Translations under genes and position numbers: made by a program
Assembly: GCA_963755715.1 (NCBI GenBank)
Contig: CAVWLW010000005.1
Span: 1-62,861 of the forward strand
Source: an uncultured delta proteobacterium
GTDB lineage: Bacteria > Desulfobacterota > Binatia > UBA9968
DNA length: 62,861 nt
Reading direction: 5' to 3'
Shown here: piece by piece, positions 6,275-16,098 of the stretch
How positions within the stretch are numbered: position 1 is the stretch's first letter
Layout of the letters: each line of letters starts with the position of its first letter
Notes under the pieces: generated by a model
Told to the model about the DNA's origin: nothing
What the model saw: the letters and a program-made list of their open reading frames with translations, nothing else
The model's database searches: none

Positions 6275-7726
6275 ATGCTTGTGAAACAATCCATCGGCGT
6301 TGCCGTTGTGCTCTTTTGGTGCGTGATGAACGGTCTGTTCATCCAGCGCCAGATCGGCGCGCCCGCGCCGGTCATTACGCTTCGCGGCAGCGAAAAAATC
6401 ACCGACCCCATCGAAGAATGGTGGGGCGTATTTTATCGCGGCGAAAAGATCGGCTATGCCACGCAAACGATCACGCCCAAAGCCAAGGGCTACACGCTGC
6501 ACGATCGCTCGCTATTGAACCTGAACCTGCTCGGCACCGTCCAGCCAGCCGCCACCCGTCTGGAAATGGAAGCCAACGAAGATTGGATCCTGGAAAAATT
6601 CGCTTTCGAGCTCCATTCCAAAGAGATTCGCTTCAGCGCGCGCGGCGAAGTCAAGGATCGAAACCTGAGCGTGGAGATCGATTCGGCGGGCCATAAATCG
6701 CGGCGCGATTTGATCTTGAGCCAGGCGCCTTACCTGCTCGCCGCTTTAAAACCCTACGTCGTAACCCAGCAGTTGGAAACCGGGAAGAAATTTCTATTCA
6801 ACACTTTCGATCCTTCGACTTTATCTCAGCAAGTGACCACGGTCGTGATCGAAGGCCGCGAACAGATTCGCATCGGCGCCCGCACCGAGCCGGCGATCCG
6901 GCTGCGTCAAAGCTTTCGCGGCATTTCCGTGGTCTCGTGGGTCGATGGCCAGGGGCGCACGCTGAAGGAGCAGTCGCCGGCGGGTTTATCCTTGTTGCGC
7001 CAGAGCGTCGAGGACGCTAAGAATCTGCCCTCGCGAGCGGTGTCGTTGGACATCATCGCGCAAACCGCCATACCGGTGACGACGCCGATCGCCGATCCTC
7101 AGTCGAAAGCCGCGCTCCGGCTAAAACTCAGCGGCGTCAATCTCGTCAATTTTGCGCTCAACGGCGGACGCCAGCGGCTCGACACCGATCGCTTGGAAAT
7201 CCGCCGCGAAGAAATGAACCAAGTCCGCGCGCAAAGCATTCCGGTCACAGAAACGCGTCTAGCATCCTATTTGCAGCCGACGCCGTTTATGCAAACCGAC
7301 CACCCCAGCATCCGCGCGCTCAGCGCGAAAATCGTCCAAGGCGAAACCAACGGTCTCAGGGCCGCGCTTAGAATCAAAGACTGGGTCTACAAAGAAATCG
7401 CCAAGGAGCCGACGGTCAGCATCCCGAATGCGCTCGAAGTCCTGCAAACCAGAAAAGGCGACTGCAACGAACACACCGTGCTGTTCAATGCCCTGGCCCG
7501 CGCCGCCGGCATCCCGGCGAAAACGGTCGTCGGCGTCGTCTATCTGCGCGGCGCATTTTACTACCACGCCTGGTCCGAAGTCTGGCTCGGCGATTGGGTA
7601 TCGCTCGACTCCGTGCTCAACCAATTTCCCGCCGACGTGACGCATATTAAGTTTCTCGAAGGCGAAATCGATCGGCAAATCGACATCCTGCAACTGATCG
7701 GCAATTTGAAAATCGAAGTCCTGTAG
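6275..7726 (+). CDS. Membrane-anchored transglutaminase-like domain protein
   Basis: N-terminal hydrophobic helix; C-terminal GDCNEH...RAAGIPAK...YHAWSEVW...WVSLD (Cys-His-Asp triad). Confidence 0.9.
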   Translation: MLVKQSIGVAVVLFWCVMNGLFIQRQIGAPAPVITLRGSEKITDPIEEWWGVFYRGEKIGYATQTITPKAKGYTLHDRSLLNLNLLGTVQPAATRLEMEANEDWILEKFAFELHSKEIRFSARGEVKDRNLSVEIDSAGHKSRRDLILSQAPYLLAALKPYVVTQQLETGKKFLFNTFDPSTLSQQVTTVVIEGREQIRIGARTEPAIRLRQSFRGISVVSWVDGQGRTLKEQSPAGLSLLRQSVEDAKNLPSRAVSLDIIAQTAIPVTTPIADPQSKAALRLKLSGVNLVNFALNGGRQRLDTDRLEIRREEMNQVRAQSIPVTETRLASYLQPTPFMQTDHPSIRALSAKIVQGETNGLRAALRIKDWVYKEIAKEPTVSIPNALEVLQTRKGDCNEHTVLFNALARAAGIPAKTVVGVVYLRGAFYYHAWSEVWLGDWVSLDSVLNQFPADVTHIKFLEGEIDRQIDILQLIGNLKIEVL

Positions 7727-7738
7727 GAAGGACCTTTC

Positions 7739-7814
7739 ATTTTGGATTTTAGATTGCCGATTTTAGATTGAAGAAGGGTTCCGTTTCGAGAATCGAAAAT
7801 CTAAAATCCAAAAT
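7739..7814. repeat. Inverted heptamer-repeat hairpin
   Basis: ATTTTGGATTTTAGATTGCCGATT (7739-7762) pairs with AATCGAAAATCTAAAATCCAAAAT (7791-7814), with 2 mismatches. Confidence 0.8.
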
Positions 7815-7818
7815 TAAA

Positions 7819-8568
7819 ATGATTCAGCTCATCCACCTCACCAAGCACTATGGCAAGCTCGCCGCCGTCGACGATCTCGATCTCGTGGTGCCGGCGGGAG
7901 AAATCTTCGGCTTTCTTGGTCCCAACGGCGCGGGCAAGACGACGACGATCCGCGTCATGATGGGCATCTTGAAAGCCACATCCGGTCAGGTTCTGCTCGA
8001 CGGCCACGACGTAGTCGCGGCGGCGCAACAGGCCAAGGCCATCGCCGGCTTTATTCCCGATCGGCCTTTCATTTATGAAAAACTGAGCGGCAGAGAATTT
8101 TTGCAATTCGTCGGCAAGCTCCATCGCGTGGAATCACGTAAATTGAAACAGCGCCTAGCGGAGCTGCTCGATCATTTGGAGTTGAGCGCTTGGCAAGACG
8201 AGCTCGTGGAAGGCTATTCGCACGGCATGAAACAGCGGCTGGTCGTCTGCGCCGCGCTGATCCATGAACCGCGCATCCTGATCATCGACGAGCCGATGGT
8301 GGGCATGGACCCGCGCGGCGCGCGCACACTCAAGGATCTCTTCCGTGCGCTGGCAAAAAACGGCACGACGATTTTTCTCTCGACGCACAGCATCAGCGTC
8401 GCCGAAGAGATCTGCCACCGCATCGGCATCATCCAAAAGGGCAAGCTCATCGCCTGCGGCACCATGGCCGAGCTGCACCGGCAAGCGACCGGCAATCACG
8501 GCAATCTCGAAAGCGTCTTTTTGGAATTGACCCGCGACCAAGAGCACAACCTGGCCGTGACGGCATAA
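7819..8568 (+). CDS. ABC-2 type transporter ATP-binding protein
   Basis: Walker A GPNGAGKTT, signature YSHGMKQR, Walker B LIIDEP. The ORF extension from 7768 is translated repeat. Confidence 0.95.
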   Translation: MIQLIHLTKHYGKLAAVDDLDLVVPAGEIFGFLGPNGAGKTTTIRVMMGILKATSGQVLLDGHDVVAAAQQAKAIAGFIPDRPFIYEKLSGREFLQFVGKLHRVESRKLKQRLAELLDHLELSAWQDELVEGYSHGMKQRLVVCAALIHEPRILIIDEPMVGMDPRGARTLKDLFRALAKNGTTIFLSTHSISVAEEICHRIGIIQKGKLIACGTMAELHRQATGNHGNLESVFLELTRDQEHNLAVTA

Positions 8569-8573
8569 ACTTC

Positions 8574-10265
8574 ATGAGCTCGGTTGCGCTGTTACTTTCT
8601 CCGCTTTGGCTCTCTTGGAAAAATTCCCTGGGTCGCAGCGGCGGCTCTTGGCCGCGCCGGCTGCTGCTCGCCGGTTTGGCTATCGGCTTCTGGATCGGCA
8701 CTTATCTCGTCATTCGACGGGTTCTGCGCTATTTCGAAACCGTTTTCGATCTCGGACCCGGGTTGGCTTACCAGCTGTTGTTGATCATCCTGCTGACTTT
8801 TTTGTCGATGCTCTTGTTCAGCAACCTGGTCGCATCCTTGTCGACCTATTTTCTCGCGCGCGATTTAGACCTGGTTCACGCCACGCCGGTTTCGCGCGAC
8901 GCCTTTTTCTTCGCGCGGCTCATTCAAACCACGGTCAATTCATCCTGGATGGTGTTGTTTTTCAGCTTACCGATCTTTGCCGCCTACGGCTCGGTGTTCG
9001 GCGGCGGCTGGATCTTGTACGTCTGGATCGGGCTCATTTTGCCGCTGTTTCTAGTCATACCGGCGGCGCTCGGGATCGTTATCACGCACCTGCTCGTTTA
9101 TTTTCTGCCGGCAAAGAGGATTCGCGACGTCCTGTTTTTTATCGGCTTGATCGCTTTCGTCATCATGTTTTTTCTCTTTCGCTTCTCCCAGCCCGAACGC
9201 CTGGTGCAGCCCGAATCGTTCGGCAACTTCATGCAATTCCTGAGCGCCATGGAAACGCCGTCGTCGCCCTTTCTGCCGAGCAGTTGGTCGGCGGACATCT
9301 TGGCCGGAACTTTGTTCAATCGCGAAACCGAACAAGGTTTCTTCTTCGCTTTGCTGGCGAGCTACGCGTTGTTTCTGCCGGTCGCCGCTTCCTGGATCTC
9401 CGGCGCCGTGTACTTCGAAGGTTGGTCCAAGGCGCAAGAGTCGCGTCAGGGGCGACGCAAATTTGTCTGGTTCGATCGGTTGCTCGATGCGGCGACGCGC
9501 CTGTTCCCGGAAACCACACGCGCGATTATGATCAAAGACATCAAGACTTTTCTGCGCGACACCACGCAATGGTCGCAGCTTTTTCTTCTGCTCGCCCTGA
9601 TCGTCGTCTATCTTTATAACTTCAAAGTCCTACCGCTGGACCGCTCGCCGATGCCCGCCGGGACTCTTCGCACCTTGGTCTCTTTCGCTAACCTTGCGCT
9701 CGCCGGTTTCGTGCTCAGCGCCGTCGCCGTCCGCTTTGCCTTTCCGGCGATCAGCTTGGAAGGAAAAGCTTTCTGGATTTTGCAGAGCGCGCCGATTTCT
9801 CTGCGCGCTTTGCTGTGGAGCAAGTTCTGGCTGATTTTCGTACCGCTGCTCTTGCTCGGCGAACTGCTCGTGTTCCTGAGCAATCTCCTGCTCCACGTGC
9901 CCGATTGGATGATGGCGCTCTCCCTCATCACGGTTTGCCTCATGACTTTCGGCATCGCCGCCATCGGTGTCGGTCTGGGCGCACTTTATCCAAATTTCAA
10001 TTACGACAACGCCGCGGAAATCCCGACCAGCTTCGGCGGCGCTGTGGCGATGATCCTAAGCGTCGTTTTCATCGCGCTTGCGGTCGCCATCGAAGCCTGG
10101 CCGATTTATCAGTTGGCCATGGCGTCCTTGCGCCCGGGCCGCGCTTTAGCGCCGCCCCTCGAGCTCATCGCGCCATCGCTGATCACGGTTGCGGCTTTGA
10201 CGGCGGCGGTGGTAACGCTGTCATTGCAACTTGGGATAAAACGACTCGAGCGGCTAAAAGACTGA
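8574..10265 (+). CDS. Putative ABC-2 type exporter permease (multi-pass membrane protein)
   Basis: 563 aa with about 12-14 hydrophobic segments and an SLEGKAFWILQSAPIS motif; 5 bp after the ATPase. Confidence 0.85.
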   Translation: MSSVALLLSPLWLSWKNSLGRSGGSWPRRLLLAGLAIGFWIGTYLVIRRVLRYFETVFDLGPGLAYQLLLIILLTFLSMLLFSNLVASLSTYFLARDLDLVHATPVSRDAFFFARLIQTTVNSSWMVLFFSLPIFAAYGSVFGGGWILYVWIGLILPLFLVIPAALGIVITHLLVYFLPAKRIRDVLFFIGLIAFVIMFFLFRFSQPERLVQPESFGNFMQFLSAMETPSSPFLPSSWSADILAGTLFNRETEQGFFFALLASYALFLPVAASWISGAVYFEGWSKAQESRQGRRKFVWFDRLLDAATRLFPETTRAIMIKDIKTFLRDTTQWSQLFLLLALIVVYLYNFKVLPLDRSPMPAGTLRTLVSFANLALAGFVLSAVAVRFAFPAISLEGKAFWILQSAPISLRALLWSKFWLIFVPLLLLGELLVFLSNLLLHVPDWMMALSLITVCLMTFGIAAIGVGLGALYPNFNYDNAAEIPTSFGGAVAMILSVVFIALAVAIEAWPIYQLAMASLRPGRALAPPLELIAPSLITVAALTAAVVTLSLQLGIKRLERLKD

Positions 10266-10287
10266 CAGCAACCAGCGGAGGTCACTC

Positions 10288-10953
10288 GTGCAGCTCATTC
10301 ACACATTGTATCAACCCGCCGGCGACGGACCGTTTCCAACCGTTCTGACCTTGCACGGGCGCGGCGCCAACGCCTTCGATTTACTCGGCCTCGCGCCGCA
10401 TCTCTGCGGCGGCAAGTTTATGATGATCTGCCCGCAAGGGCCGCTGGAAACGCCGATCGGTCCCGAGGCCGTCGGCTACGCCTGGTACCCGATGAGCCAT
10501 GACGGGGTGCCCGATGTCGAGGCGATGTTGAGCCAGCAGAAAAAGCTACAGGCGTTTCTCGACGAGTGTCTAAAATCCTATCCGATCGATCCGAAGAAAC
10601 TAGTCGTATTCGGCTTTAGCCAGGGTGGCGTGATGGCGTACAGCCTGGCGTTGGCCAATCCTGAACGATTCGCCGCTCTCGCGGTATTGAGCAGTTGGCT
10701 GCCGAAAGAACTGTTGCCGCGACTGAACGTCACTGACGCGGTGCAATCATTGCCGACGTTGGTGCAGCACGGCACGCAAGATCCGATGATCGAAATCGCT
10801 CGCGCGCGAAGTTCCGTCGAGACGCTGCGCCAGCTACGCGTGCCGCTAACTTTCCGAGAATACCCAATGGGGCACGAAATAGGCGCGAGAAGCCTTGCCG
10901 AATTGTCGACGTGGCTGGAAGAGAAAGTAATAAGACCGGTGATTAGCTTATAA
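10288..10953 (+). CDS. Phospholipase/carboxylesterase (alpha/beta hydrolase)
   Basis: LHGRG, GFSQGG nucleophile elbow, HGTQDP, MGHEI. Confidence 0.9.
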   Translation: MQLIHTLYQPAGDGPFPTVLTLHGRGANAFDLLGLAPHLCGGKFMMICPQGPLETPIGPEAVGYAWYPMSHDGVPDVEAMLSQQKKLQAFLDECLKSYPIDPKKLVVFGFSQGGVMAYSLALANPERFAALAVLSSWLPKELLPRLNVTDAVQSLPTLVQHGTQDPMIEIARARSSVETLRQLRVPLTFREYPMGHEIGARSLAELSTWLEEKVIRPVISL

Positions 10954-11083
10954 CCGCCGCGTTTTTCTCTTAGTTTCCCGAAACCGATTGTGATCCGATT
11001 GGGAGTCGTTCGCTACGAACCTCCAGCGTCCTCTTGCGACCAGCTTTCCATCGGGCAAGTATGCACGATCTATCGGCTTGGTT

Positions 11084-11116
11084 AAAAAAAAGGGGCGACC
11101 AGCCGGTCGCCCCTAC
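11084..11116 (-). terminator. Intrinsic terminator after htpX, with GTAG-REP-like sequence
   Basis: Minus strand GTAGGGGCGACC-GGCT-GGTCGCCCCT-TTTTTTT: a 10-bp stem followed by a U-tract. Confidence 0.75.
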
Positions 11117-11140
11117 GGGAATAATGCGGATGAATAGGCT

Positions 11141-12020
11141 TTAGCTCCGCATGTAGCTCATGTCTTTCGCCATCGCTTCGAGCCGGGCAATGCGCTCTTC
11201 CATCGGCGGATGAGTGCTGAATAGCTTAGCGAAGCCGGCGCCGGTCAGCGGATTAACGATAAACATATGCGCGGTCGAGTTAGCGGTCGCATCGCTCACT
11301 TGCAGCGGGATATTCTGCGCGCCCATTTCCAGTTTGCGCAGCGCGCTTGCCAGCGCCAGCGGATCGCCGCTGACCTTGGCGCCGCCTTCGTCAGCCATGT
11401 ATTCCCGCGATCGCGACACGGCCATTTGAATCAACGATGCCGCCAGCGGCGCCACGATCATCATGAACAGCAAGCTGAAGATATTGCTGCCGCCTTCTTC
11501 GCGGTCGCGGCTGCCGCCGCCGAATATCGCAGCCCATTGCGCCATATACGCTAGGTAGCTGATCGCGCCCGCGAGCGTCGCGGCGATGCTGCTGATGAGA
11601 ATATCGCGGTGTTTGACGTGGGTGAGCTCGTGGCCCAAAACCCCGGCGAGCTCGCGCTTATCGAGGATGCGTCGAATCCCTTGCGTCACGGCTACCGCCG
11701 CATGCTCCGGGTTACGCCCGGTGGCGAAAGCGTTCGGGGTTTCCTCGGGAATCACGTAAACCTTCGGCATGGGCAAACCCGCCCTGCGCCGCCAGATCCC
11801 GAACCATGCCGTAGAGCTCCGGATCGTCGTTGGCGGTAATCTCCTGCGCGCCGTACATTTTAAGAACGATTTTGTCGCTGAACCAATAGCTGAAGAAATT
11901 CATGGCGCCGGCGAATACGAGAGCGATCACGGCCCCGTTTGCTCCACCGAACATTTGACCGATCCAGACGACAAATGCGGTTAACGCCGCCAAAAGAATC
12001 GTCGTACGAAAACCGTTCAT
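11141..12020 (-). CDS. htpX: Zinc metalloprotease HtpX (one frameshift at ~11786)
   Basis: ORFs 11712..12020 and 11141..11776 join into full HtpX: [29 protein letters not shown]. Confidence 0.95.
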
Positions 12021-12196
12021 AAGACTCCCTCCATTTAATCTTAATCCCTATCCTAGGTACCAAGAAGCTTAAGTCAAGCTTATTTCAGGTATATAGTTGA
12101 AATCTGCGTACGCCCGTGAAGAAAAGCAAGGGGTCAACCTAGTAGCGAAAAACTTAAGAAATTTCCGTTAAAGGGCAATATCGAAAGGAGCCTCAT

Positions 12197-13066
12197 ATGC
12201 GCGTCGGCGTGGTTTTTCCCCAAACCGAGATCGGCAGCGACCCAGCAGTCATTAAGGATTATGCTCAGGCGGCCGAAGAGCTCGGCTATCACCATATTTT
12301 GGCCTACGATCACGTTATCGGCGCCAATCCGGCCAGCCGGCCAGGATGGCAGCCCCCCTACAGTCATTTAGACACGTTCCACGAGCCTTTGGTTCTGTTC
12401 GCGTACTTCGCGGGACTAACGAAAAAGATCGAATTTGCCACCGGCATCATCATCTTACCGCAGCGCCAGACCGTGCTCGTCGCCAAGCAAGCCGCGGCGC
12501 TGGACGTCTTAAGCGGCGGCCGCCTGCGTTTCGGTGTCGGGATCGGCTGGAACCCGGTGGAATACGAAGCCTTGGGTGAAAACTTTCAAAACCGCGGCCG
12601 GCGCTCGGAGGAACAGGTCGAAGTGCTGCGCCTGCTCTGGACCCAAGAACTGGTCACTTTCAACGGCCGCTGGCACAAAATCACCGACGCCGGCATCAAT
12701 CCACTGCCGGTCCAGCGGCCAATCCCGATCTGGTTCGGCGGCACGGACGAGCGCGCGCTGCGCCGCTTGGCGAAGCTCGGCGACGGTTGGTTTCCGCTCA
12801 TGAGTCCCGATGAAAAATGCCGGGCGGCGATTGAAAAAATCCACGGCTATGCGCGCGAGGCCGGGCGCAATCCCAGCCAGATCGGTATCGAAGGGAGAAT
12901 TTCTCACGGTCAAAGCTCCGAGGAAGTTTGGCGCAAAGAGCTCGAAGCTTGGAAAAATCTCGGCGCGACGCACGCGAGCTTCAATACGATGAAGGCCGGC
13001 CTCACTTCGCCGGCGGCGCACATCGAGGCGATCCGGCGCTTTGCCAAAGTCGGCACCGGACTTTAA
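12197..13066 (+). CDS. LLM-class (probably F420-dependent) oxidoreductase
   Basis: AQAAEELGY..ILAYDHV, ILPQRQTVLVAKQAAALDVLSGGRLRFGVGIGWN.VEY, PIPIWFGG. Confidence 0.9.
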   Translation: MRVGVVFPQTEIGSDPAVIKDYAQAAEELGYHHILAYDHVIGANPASRPGWQPPYSHLDTFHEPLVLFAYFAGLTKKIEFATGIIILPQRQTVLVAKQAAALDVLSGGRLRFGVGIGWNPVEYEALGENFQNRGRRSEEQVEVLRLLWTQELVTFNGRWHKITDAGINPLPVQRPIPIWFGGTDERALRRLAKLGDGWFPLMSPDEKCRAAIEKIHGYAREAGRNPSQIGIEGRISHGQSSEEVWRKELEAWKNLGATHASFNTMKAGLTSPAAHIEAIRRFAKVGTGL

Positions 13067-13135
13067 AGCACGTCAGAATTGTCTAGCATCCGTTTTTGAA
13101 CGCCACGGATTCGGCTACATTGGCGAGACGAAACC

Positions 13136-14308
13136 CTAGTGCGCCGCTACGGCGCTTTCCTGTTTGTGCTTAGCCATCCAGGTGCGCACGGCTTCGAAGG
13201 GCTCGCCGCCTTTAGCGACGGCCTGACGCAGCGCTTTGACGGTGCGCAACAAATCACGGCCGCACGATTCGTAGAGCGACTCGAACAGATCGAGATCCTT
13301 CAGGTAGACGATGTAGTGCATCAGCACCGCATTGTTGAGCGGGCGCTGGCTAAAGGCGCGAAACCGATGCTTCGGCCGGTCGGCGATGCGGCGCATCCAT
13401 TCGGCCTTGCTGCGCGCAAACACTTCTTCACGCAAGCGCAACTTGTCGGCGTGCGGAATGTCGCGGCTGTAAAGATCGCCGAGCGTGCGCGCCATTTCCG
13501 CGATAAAGGCACCGAATTCTCGCTCTTCCTGCCACGCCTGCACCGCGTCTAAATATTCGGCGCTGCCGTCGCCGTATTTGGCGCGAAAAAAATCGCTGGA
13601 GGCGACATGGCCGACAAAATTCGCCGAGCTTTCATTGAAGGCGCCGGCGCCTTTTACATAAAGCGTGTTATGAAATAACTCGTGAAAAACGATCTCACTG
13701 AGAATCGTGTTATCGTAACGCAGTAAGTGAGACAGCAGCGGATCGTCGAACCAACCGAGCGTGCTGAAGGCCGCCGAAGTGCGCATATTGGTGTCGTAGC
13801 CCTGAGCGTTCAGCCGATCGATTTCGGCCTGGGCCTCTTCTTTGGAGAAATAGCCCTTGTAGGGCACGTTGCCGACGATCAAAAACCACCAGGTATACGG
13901 CCGCAGCTCGGTTTGGGGCGCGGCTACCACGATATAGGTCAAGTCGGGCCGGTCGACATACGAATAGCTGGAATAGCTGCCGCCGACGTTGAATTTGAGC
14001 ACGTCGCGCGCATACTCCCGCACGGCCAAAACCAGTTGCAGCTTTTCCTGCGTGTCCGGTTTTACTTGCGGATTGTTCAGAAAATCGACGATCGGCTCGC
14101 GTCGCCAAAGAATCTTCCCCTCCTCGTATGCGGCGCGTAGGACGTACAGCGGCGAGCAGCCCGAAAGAGACGCGACGACGAGAATGCATAGCGAAGTTAG
14201 CCAGAGAAACGGTTTGAGAGTCACTTGAACGATGCCACGATAGCGAAAATCTCGTTGCGCGAATCGGGCGCGCAACCAATTATGCGAGATGCTTAGCGGG
14301 TGTCTCAT
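13136..14308 (-). CDS. Putative aminopeptidase (predicted lipoprotein); real start probably GTG ~14224
   Basis: Lipobox-like LSGC; WWFLIVGNVPYKGYF, AFSTLGWFDDP, HELFH...FNES (HExxH plus E). Confidence 0.85.
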   Translation of the reverse strand: MRHPLSISHNWLRARFAQRDFRYRGIVQVTLKPFLWLTSLCILVVASLSGCSPLYVLRAAYEEGKILWRREPIVDFLNNPQVKPDTQEKLQLVLAVREYARDVLKFNVGGSYSSYSYVDRPDLTYIVVAAPQTELRPYTWWFLIVGNVPYKGYFSKEEAQAEIDRLNAQGYDTNMRTSAAFSTLGWFDDPLLSHLLRYDNTILSEIVFHELFHNTLYVKGAGAFNESSANFVGHVASSDFFRAKYGDGSAEYLDAVQAWQEEREFGAFIAEMARTLGDLYSRDIPHADKLRLREEVFARSKAEWMRRIADRPKHRFRAFSQRPLNNAVLMHYIVYLKDLDLFESLYESCGRDLLRTVKALRQAVAKGGEPFEAVRTWMAKHKQESAVAAH

Positions 14309-16098
14309 GGGCGGCGAGTTTCAACTCCTCGCGCTCATACTGCAACTGGTACAAGCGGTAATAAATCCCCTGTTTTTCCATCAGATTCGGCGTGGGATCC
14401 CACTTCGCGAACTTCGCCATGGTGCAGCACGATAATGCGGTCGGCGTTGCGGATCGTCGACAGCCGGTGCGCGATTAAAAGACAGGTTCGGTCGCGCATG
14501 ACTTTTTCCATCGCGTCTTGAATCAGCGCTTCCGTCTCGGTATCGATGCTGGAAGTCGCCTCGTCCATCACGAGAATTTCCGGTTGGTAAACCAGAACCC
14601 GCGCCAATGACAGCAGCTGGCGCTGGCCGCCGGAGAAATTGCTGCCGCGTTCGCGCACGCGAGCATCGTAGCCCTCGGGCAGCCGGCGAATAAAGCTCTC
14701 TGCGTTGGCAACCCGGGCGGCCCGTTCGATTCGCTCCAACGGGATCGAAGGATCGCCCAATGCAAGATTAGCGCGCACGTCGCCGGAGAATAGGAAAACG
14801 TCCTGCAAGACAACCCCGATATGGCGCCGGAGCGCGCGCAGATCCCACTCGCGCACGTCGACGCCGCTGACTTGGATGGAGCCTTGTTGAATATCGTAAG
14901 AGCGGTTTAACAGCTTGATCGTCGTGGTCTTGCCCGACCCCGTGGCGCCGACCACCGCGACTTTCTCTCCCGGTGCGATGCGGAAGGAGACTCCTTTGAG
15001 CACCGGATCGCCTGCTTTATAGTGAAACCAGACATGGTCGAAGACCACTTCGCCGCGAAACGGTTTCGGCACGACGGCGTTTTTCGGGCTCGTGACGTCG
15101 AGGGGGGTGTCGAGCAATTGAAAGATACGTTCCGCGGACGCCATCGCGGACTGCATCACCGTGTATTTTTGACTGAAGTCGCGCAGCGGCACAAAGAAAC
15201 GGTGGATATACTCCTTGAACGCCACCAGCGTGCCGATGCCGATCGCGCCGTGCAACACTTCGCCGCCGCCGTACCAGAGTAGTAGTCCAACGCTCACCGA
15301 ACCGGCCGCTTCGACCATCGAGTAGAGTCCGGCTTCATATAAGTTCGATAGATGATAGGCGTCGCGATGATCGGCGTTAAGAGCCTCGAATTCGCGATAG
15401 GTTTTTTCCTCGCGGGCAAATAGTTGGATCACCGCCATGCCGGAAATGGCTTCGCCTAAATAGGCGTTGATGCGCGCGATCCGTACGCGGATTTGGCGGT
15501 AGGTGTGGCGCGCTTTGCCGCGAAAATAATTGATCGCCAAGGCCATCGGCGGGATCAACGCCAGCGATACCAGCGCCAACTTGACGTCGAGATACAACAT
15601 GATACCGAAGATCCAGATCACCATGACGAAATCCGACGCGAGGGTAATAACACCGGAGGCGAACATCTCCTGCAGCACGTCGACGTCGGTGGTCATCCGC
15701 GTCACCAGGCGCCCCACCGGGTTACGGTCGAAGTAGCTCATCGGCAGTTTCTGCACGTGCGAAAAAATCGCCACGCGCAAATCCGCCAGACAGCGCTGCG
15801 CCACCAGCATGGAAAAATAATATTGGGCAAAGATGGCGACCGTTTCGCCGATCAGGGCGGCGAGAAAGCACAGCATGACGGTCTGCAAGCCCAAGAGATT
15901 CTTGCCCGCGATGTATTGATCGATGCCGATTTTCATCAAATAGGGCTGCGCCAAGCCAAAGGCCTGCTGCAGCGGCAAGAGCAGCAAACTCAAGTAAAAA
16001 AGCCGTTTGTACGGGATGATGAAATACCAGAGACGGCGGACCAGCCGGAGATCGTAAGCCTTGCCGAGGATTTCTTCTTGTTGCGTTTCTTCGGTCAT
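14280..16098 (-). CDS. ABC exporter, fused permease/ATPase (heterodimer subunit B); +1 frameshift at ~14385
   Basis: TM domain, GATGSGKTT, FSGGQRQ, VMDEAT, IAHRLST. Frame correction gives GSHAELMEKQGIYYRLYQLQY ending at 14280. Confidence 0.93.

Noticed and set aside
7768-7818. N-terminal extension IENLKSKIK on the ABC ATPase
   Set aside because: It is the translation of the heptamer repeat; the ATPase domain starts at ATG 7819.
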